From Fidelibacterota bacterium (GTDB lineage Bacteria > Fidelibacterota > Marinisomatia > Marinisomatales > JABMOV01): a DNA stretch of 23,498 bases. The stretch is taken from NCBI GenBank assembly GCA_046861395.1, contig JBHHUC010000031.1, forward strand, positions 1 to 23,498, given 5' to 3'. The notes beneath the pieces were generated by a model. It searched no databases and was not told where the DNA came from. It worked only from the letters and a program-made list of their open reading frames with translations. This document shows positions 18,575-23,498 of the stretch, one piece after another. Within the stretch, counting starts at the first letter, position 1; each line of letters starts with the position of its first letter. The position numbers were made by a program, and so were the translations under genes.

Positions 18575-19827
18575 AACCATCACTGATCCTCACCTACCTT
18601 TTGCCCGTGATCCTGCTGACCTTTGGTCCGGCCCAATCCCGTAAACCGGATGAAATATTTCCCATCAGTCAATTCAGCCTGAAAGCATTTCCGGTAGCCC
18701 ATGTACACAAAGATTCCATCCGTGTAGTATCGCTGATTGAAATTCCCTACACCAGTATTCAGTTCTTGAAAAAAGGAAAAACATTTTACGCCGATCTCGA
18801 AGTGACGATTGTTATTAAGGGAAAGGAAAAACAATTCCAACGATTTATCTGGCAGGAACATATAGAAGCGGACAGCTATCTAGAAACAGTTTCCCTGAAC
18901 CGTAAACGCGCTTTCAGTAAATCGCTCATTGTTCCCATCGAACCCCTGGTAATTGTAGGCGAAATCATCGATCAAAGTGTCAATCAATCCGGTGTTCAGG
19001 AGTACGAACTTCTCATGCACAAGATCCAATCCCTGCCGAAGGTCTATCCACCGATTCCTATGGTCAATTTACCTGGAAACTGGGGCTTCGGGCCGGATAA
19101 ATATCCTCTGATTTCCACAATTTATGCCGAAAGAGCTGAATCATTATTCGTATTTATCTCTGGCTATATTTCATCTCCCACCTCACAACTGAGGGTGAAG
19201 GTAACGCATAATGAATCGCAACTATGGGAAACCGAATATACGGTAAACCGGGTAGAGGATTCGTTTTACCAATTGGTGAATCTTCCCAGGGATATTATAA
19301 AAAAAGTGAATATAAACATCTCGGCGGAAATCAGTGACGATGGCAAAAGTGATGAATCACAATCCCCATTAAAAATTCGGCAAAAGGGAATGTCCCAATA
19401 TATCAGCGATATTAGTTCGGCCCTGGAACAAATGAATTATATTCTTACCCAAGAGGAAAAGAAGAAACTGAAACATGTTTCTGACGAAGAAAAGGAAGAT
19501 ATGTTCTTTCAATTCTGGGTCGCCCGTGATCCGACACCCAACACGCCGTTCAATGAATTAATGGATGAATTCTTCAAGCGGGTTAGTTTTGCCAATGAGC
19601 GATTTTCCGGCTTTCAACCGGGATGGAAAACGGATATGGGTATGATCTATATTCTCATGGGTCCACCAGATGAAGTGGAACGGTATAATAATCCTTCCGG
19701 ACGTAACTCATATGAGGTCTGGTATTACCACCGTTTAAACGAACAATTCGTTTTTGTTGATATTAATGGATTCGGTGATTATCGATTGGATAAACCGTTC
19801 TTAGGGTATCCTTCCCGTGGCTGGTAA
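18571..19827 (+). CDS. GWxTD domain-containing exported protein
   Basis: Signal peptide from ATG 18571 (ATGA overlap). C-terminal FW..RDPTPNTPFNE...RV.FANERF...GWKTDMG.IYI.MGPPD...WYY matches the GWxTD domain pattern. Confidence 0.9.
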   Translation: MKPSLILTYLLPVILLTFGPAQSRKPDEIFPISQFSLKAFPVAHVHKDSIRVVSLIEIPYTSIQFLKKGKTFYADLEVTIVIKGKEKQFQRFIWQEHIEADSYLETVSLNRKRAFSKSLIVPIEPLVIVGEIIDQSVNQSGVQEYELLMHKIQSLPKVYPPIPMVNLPGNWGFGPDKYPLISTIYAERAESLFVFISGYISSPTSQLRVKVTHNESQLWETEYTVNRVEDSFYQLVNLPRDIIKKVNINISAEISDDGKSDESQSPLKIRQKGMSQYISDISSALEQMNYILTQEEKKKLKHVSDEEKEDMFFQFWVARDPTPNTPFNELMDEFFKRVSFANERFSGFQPGWKTDMGMIYILMGPPDEVERYNNPSGRNSYEVWYYHRLNEQFVFVDINGFGDYRLDKPFLGYPSRGW

Positions 19828-20632
19828 TCCCATCGTCTATTTTTCCTATAGTCGATTGTCAACTTATGATCATTGCCAGTATCGTTTTAAACTGCAATAC
19901 ATTGATAGGCTGACAAAACCGGATGAGTCCATTGAAGCATTCGTGGGAAAACGTGTCCATGAAACACTGGAATATTTATATCAACTCCGGCAGGAAGAAA
20001 AGATGGTTCCCGTGTTTGATGATCTGCTGGTTTACTACCGAGAGCAATGGGTCAAGCACTGGCATAACCGGATTGGGCGGGTGCAAATGAGATTGCCGCT
20101 TACCTATTATGAACGGTTAGGTGAAGAATGCATCGCACGATATTACCGGACCAGTTATCCGTTTACGGAAAATGTCATCGGGATTGAAAAGGAGATCGAA
20201 TTCTTACTGGATGATGATCCGCAATTCCGGTTTAAAGGTATTATCGACCGTATTGATCAGAATCCCAATGATACCGTGACTATTACGGATTATAAAACCG
20301 GTAAAAAGGCCTTGTCCCAGAAGCAGGCGGACTCTGATTTACAACTCACCATTTATCAGTTGGGTGTCGAAGCAGCGGGATTGGATACAAACCAGGCAAT
20401 CCTGAGATGGTACTTCCTTCAGGTCGGAAAAATTATTACATCTGTTCGGACTCCGTCGCAGCATACTTTATTGACGCGTAAGGTAAAGCAGAAGGCAGAG
20501 AACATCCTGGAACACGTGGCGAACGGAAAATCCTTTCTTGCCCGGGAAACCATGCTTTGTAACTGGTGCTATTTCTGGGAGGAATGCCCGGTCAAAAATG
20601 CAACCAATCCATATGTAGGGAATCTAAAATGA
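19817..20632 (+). CDS. PD-(D/E)XK nuclease, RecB/AddB/Cas4-like, with four conserved Cys (putative Fe-S staple)
   Basis: SYSRLSTYDHC (C20), G..VH..LE, GIIDRID (D144), DYKTG (D158, K160), QLTIY (QxxxY), and C-terminal C248-x2-C251-x5-C257. GTG start. Confidence 0.88.
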   Translation: MAGNPIVYFSYSRLSTYDHCQYRFKLQYIDRLTKPDESIEAFVGKRVHETLEYLYQLRQEEKMVPVFDDLLVYYREQWVKHWHNRIGRVQMRLPLTYYERLGEECIARYYRTSYPFTENVIGIEKEIEFLLDDDPQFRFKGIIDRIDQNPNDTVTITDYKTGKKALSQKQADSDLQLTIYQLGVEAAGLDTNQAILRWYFLQVGKIITSVRTPSQHTLLTRKVKQKAENILEHVANGKSFLARETMLCNWCYFWEECPVKNATNPYVGNLK

Positions 20633-21156
20633 ATTTATCGGAACAGGAAATAATTGCCCTGAGAAAAGGATTAACCGACGAAATACTGGCACAAGTCAAG
20701 GAGCCGTATCGTTCAACATTGCAGGACATCATTGCACGGAGCAAGGATACCACCGTCGCTGAATTATTTGTTGATGGAGCTGCCGATCTTCACAGTAAGC
20801 GGGCTGGCATCGGTGGTGTTTTGTACCGGAACGGAGAAGAAATTCTGAGTTTTTCCCGCTACCTACCCGATGTAACCAATAATGTAGCTGAATATGAGGC
20901 TTTGTTGCAGGGACTGAAATCGGCCCTGGAACTCGGTATAAACAGTATCAACATCCGGTCTGACAGTGAATTGGTCGTGAAACAGATCAAGGGTGAATAT
21001 CGTGTGAAGCATCCCAATATGAAAAAACTGTACGAAAAAGTCACAGCATTGTTAAGGCAATTCTCCTCCTGGCGGATTGATCATGTCCCGCGGGAACAGA
21101 ATAAGGTGGCTGATAAGTTGTCAAAAGAAGGTATGCGGTCCCAATCCGGATGTTAA
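20629..21156 (+). CDS. Ribonuclease HI (archaeal/actinobacterial RNase_HI_like type) with ~40-aa N-terminal extension
   Basis: FVDGA, TNNVAEY, SDSELVVKQ and HVPREQNKVAD motifs give the DEDD tetrad. Start at ATG 20629 through an ATGA overlap. Confidence 0.92.
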   Translation: MNLSEQEIIALRKGLTDEILAQVKEPYRSTLQDIIARSKDTTVAELFVDGAADLHSKRAGIGGVLYRNGEEILSFSRYLPDVTNNVAEYEALLQGLKSALELGINSINIRSDSELVVKQIKGEYRVKHPNMKKLYEKVTALLRQFSSWRIDHVPREQNKVADKLSKEGMRSQSGC

Positions 21157-21905
21157 ACATTCATATCAGGGAAGCTGGTTATCCGATAAAGGGAGGATTC
21201 GACGGTCAGCGAATCGCTCACATTCTTACTGAGATCCATCTTTCCGTTTCCGCCGGTGAAATCGTGGCCTTGGTGGGAGAGTCGGGATGCGGTAAATCCA
21301 CACTGGGAATGTCCTTGGTGGGACTAATTCCTCATGTCCGCGGACAAATTTCACTCGATGAGAAACCGATTGACCTTGGGTGTGCCACGACCGGCGTACG
21401 CCAGATACAATACATTTTCCAGGATCCCATGAGTGCGTTAAATCCCCGCATGACGATCGGGCAGACATTCACTGAAATCATGCAACAGACGGGCCTTCAG
21501 GATGGATCGGCCCGGGACATGATCAACCTGATTGAGCTTACTGATGATGTCTGGTATAAATATCCCCATGAATTATCAGGCGGCCAATGCCAGCGGGCCA
21601 ATATCGGGCGGGCCTTGCTAATGCGACCGCTTTATTTGATCTGTGATGAAATCGTATCCGCTCTGGATGTATCAGTACAGGCTAAGATTCTCAACTTGTT
21701 GCAGAAATTAGTCCGCCGGGAGAACCTGGGCATCCTGTTTACGACTCATGACTTACATGTTGTACAATCCTTTGCCCAGCGGGTCTTCATTATGAAATCG
21801 GGTCGCATTCTGGAGGAAGGGGAAACCCGAAAGGTATTTGCTGCTCCGTCACATCATTACACCAAAGATTTACTAGCCGCGGCCTATCCGTTACGAACCA
21901 TTTAA
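21150..21905 (+). CDS. Dipeptide/oligopeptide/nickel-type ABC transporter ATP-binding protein (orphan)
   Basis: GESGCGKST, IFQDP..ALNPR, YPHELSGGQCQR, LICDE.VSALDVSVQA, THD and HHYT (HPY-like) motifs. Confidence 0.9.
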   Translation: MLNIHIREAGYPIKGGFDGQRIAHILTEIHLSVSAGEIVALVGESGCGKSTLGMSLVGLIPHVRGQISLDEKPIDLGCATTGVRQIQYIFQDPMSALNPRMTIGQTFTEIMQQTGLQDGSARDMINLIELTDDVWYKYPHELSGGQCQRANIGRALLMRPLYLICDEIVSALDVSVQAKILNLLQKLVRRENLGILFTTHDLHVVQSFAQRVFIMKSGRILEEGETRKVFAAPSHHYTKDLLAAAYPLRTI

Positions 21906-21974
21906 ATTGCGTAATGATAATGTATAAAAAAGAAGTAAATTATTAATCTGAATTGGAGCATTAATTAACAATCT

Positions 21975-23003
21975 ATGGGATTCTTACAATCATTCGGCGG
22001 TGCCTTCAACTGGATTTCAGGTGATATTGCAATTGATTTAGGGACTGCGAACACACTGATCTGGTTAAATGGTAAAGGAATTGTTATTGACGAACCTTCC
22101 ATTGTGGCTCGGTCAGTGAATGATGGAAAAATTGTAGCGGTAGGCATTCAGGCCAAGGCAATGTTAGGAAAAACGCACCGGGAGCTGGAAACTATCCGGC
22201 CTCTGCGTGACGGTGTCATCGCCGATTTCAATATGACCGACGGTATGATCCAGGGTTTTGTTAGGAAAATAAATTTAAATCGTATGGCCCGACCCCGGAT
22301 TGTGATTTGTGTTCCCAGCGGAGTAACGGAAGTGGAGCGACGGGCGGTCAAGGATTCGGGCATTCGAGCCAACGCCCGGGAAGTATATTTGATTGAGGAA
22401 CCGGTTGCCGCCGCTATTGGGATCGGACTTGATATCAGTCAACCGGTGGGAAACATCATTGTCGACATCGGTGGCGGAACGACGGAAATAGCCGTTATTG
22501 CACTAGATGGTGTCGTGACCAAGGAAACCATCCGAATTGCCGGGGATGAAATGGATGATGCCATTGTACAATGGTTCCGGAATGAACATAAACTGGATAT
22601 CGGTTTTCCCACGGGAGAAAAAATTAAAAAAGCCGTAGGATCGGCGATGCGGATGAAAATTGAAACCATTGCCGTAAAAGGTCGCGACCTGGTTTCCGGA
22701 ATTCCCAAAACAATCGAAGTTTCATCGGATGAAATTCGACAGGCTTTGAAAGAACCCGTGAATCAGATTGTGGAAGCCGTAAAACGCGCCTTGGAAACCA
22801 CGCCGCCGGAGCTGGCCGCTGATATTCTGGACCGTGGAATAATCATGACAGGAGGCGGGAGTTTATTAAAAGGAATTGACCAGATTATTCGCGAGCGAAC
22901 CAATGTGCCGGTCAACGTAGCCGAAGATCCATTGCTTTCGGTTGTCCGGGGGACAGGCATGGTTCTGGAAAATGTAAAACGCTACGAGGCAGTGTTAATG
23001 TAG
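21975..23003 (+). CDS. mreB: Rod shape-determining protein MreB
   Basis: AIDLGTANT, IRPLRDGVIADF, VPSGVTEVERRAV, EEPVAAAIG, DIGGGTTE, GRDLVSGIPK and TGGGSLL motifs. Confidence 0.98.
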   Translation: MGFLQSFGGAFNWISGDIAIDLGTANTLIWLNGKGIVIDEPSIVARSVNDGKIVAVGIQAKAMLGKTHRELETIRPLRDGVIADFNMTDGMIQGFVRKINLNRMARPRIVICVPSGVTEVERRAVKDSGIRANAREVYLIEEPVAAAIGIGLDISQPVGNIIVDIGGGTTEIAVIALDGVVTKETIRIAGDEMDDAIVQWFRNEHKLDIGFPTGEKIKKAVGSAMRMKIETIAVKGRDLVSGIPKTIEVSSDEIRQALKEPVNQIVEAVKRALETTPPELAADILDRGIIMTGGGSLLKGIDQIIRERTNVPVNVAEDPLLSVVRGTGMVLENVKRYEAVLM

Positions 23004-23009
23004 AGTTAT

Positions 23010-23498
23010 ATGCGGTACCTGATTAATGTAACCCTCCGGTATAAAAGTCAGATTTCATTTTTCCTTACTCTTTTCATATCCATTATACTCTACACCAATA
23101 ATTCCACGACTCAGGTTCTGTATATCCGAACTCAGTTTTCAGACATTGCCCGTTGGATTCTACAACCTGCTTCTCATCTGCAGTATCTGGTTTCCGTAGA
23201 AGAAGAAAATGCCTTGTTACGTGCTTCGGAAATTCAGCTACGCCTGCAATTGGAATCTATGCACTATTTACAGCGTGAGAATGAACGCCTTCATGCTCTC
23301 CTGGGATTCAGGGACGAAAACCCCTTGAATCTTATTCCTGCCAAGATTATTTCCAAGGGAATAAAATCATCTGTCCAGAGCGCCATTATTGATGTAGGGA
23401 CTCAAAATGGGGTCCGGGATAATTCCGGTGTACTTTCCACCCGAGGCGTTGTGGGGAAGGTCATTTCCGCCGGAGAAAGATCCGCCATTGTTGAGCTG
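23010..23498 (+). CDS. mreC: Rod shape-determining protein MreC (5' part; runs off the window end)
   Basis: Not in the ORF track; read manually from ATG 23010: MRYLINV...TM helix...EEENALLR...QRENERLHALLGF...PAKII...IIDVGTQNGV...GVVGKVI. Lies directly after mreB. Confidence 0.9.
   Translation, partial: MRYLINVTLRYKSQISFFLTLFISIILYTNNSTTQVLYIRTQFSDIARWILQPASHLQYLVSVEEENALLRASEIQLRLQLESMHYLQRENERLHALLGFRDENPLNLIPAKIISKGIKSSVQSAIIDVGTQNGVRDNSGVLSTRGVVGKVISAGERSAIVEL

Noticed and set aside
19817..20632. CRISPR-Cas locus suggested by the Cas4-like nuclease
   Set aside because: No repeat-spacer array and no other cas genes are visible; intergenic gaps are too short to hold an array.
20629..21156. 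Retroelement suggested by the RVT_3-like RNase H domain
   Set aside because: No reverse transcriptase motifs, integrase or terminal repeats; it is a typical stand-alone cellular RNase HI.
21910..21928. Fur-box-like sequence (TAATGATAAT) upstream of mreB
   Set aside because: Only about 12/19 match to the consensus, in an AT-rich gap, with no second half-site symmetry and no iron-related downstream gene.

Overview
A dense, almost entirely + strand bacterial chromosomal region of roughly mid-range GC. A divergent tRNA-Leu(CAG) sits at the left edge. It is followed by a tightly coupled run smpB-tyrS-PafA-type phosphatase-ABC-2 ATPase/permease-typA-marC, then a 1610-aa secreted multidomain CapA/PKD/dockerin protein. 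After that come trxA-trxB, a degenerate ABC ATPase, an HDAC-family deacylase, an RfaE/HldA heptose kinase, a secreted beta-propeller protein, a GWxTD protein, a 4-Cys PD-(D/E)XK nuclease, RNase HI, an orphan peptide-type ABC ATPase, mreB and a truncated mreC. Gene content (GWxTD, dockerin-tipped exoprotein, PafA) suggests an FCB-group organism such as Marinimicrobia; this is inference only. I see no CRISPR array, IS element, integrase or phage gene, and no clearly new multi-gene system. The best leads are: (1) the giant exoprotein joining a putative Zn-amidohydrolase domain to a CapA domain; (2) a candidate 57-aa ORF with a strong RBS that overlaps that gene's odd tail and ends at the trxA start; (3) an ABC 'pseudo-ATPase' lacking three catalytic residues; (4) a translationally coupled solo Cas4/AddB-like nuclease plus RNase HI pair.
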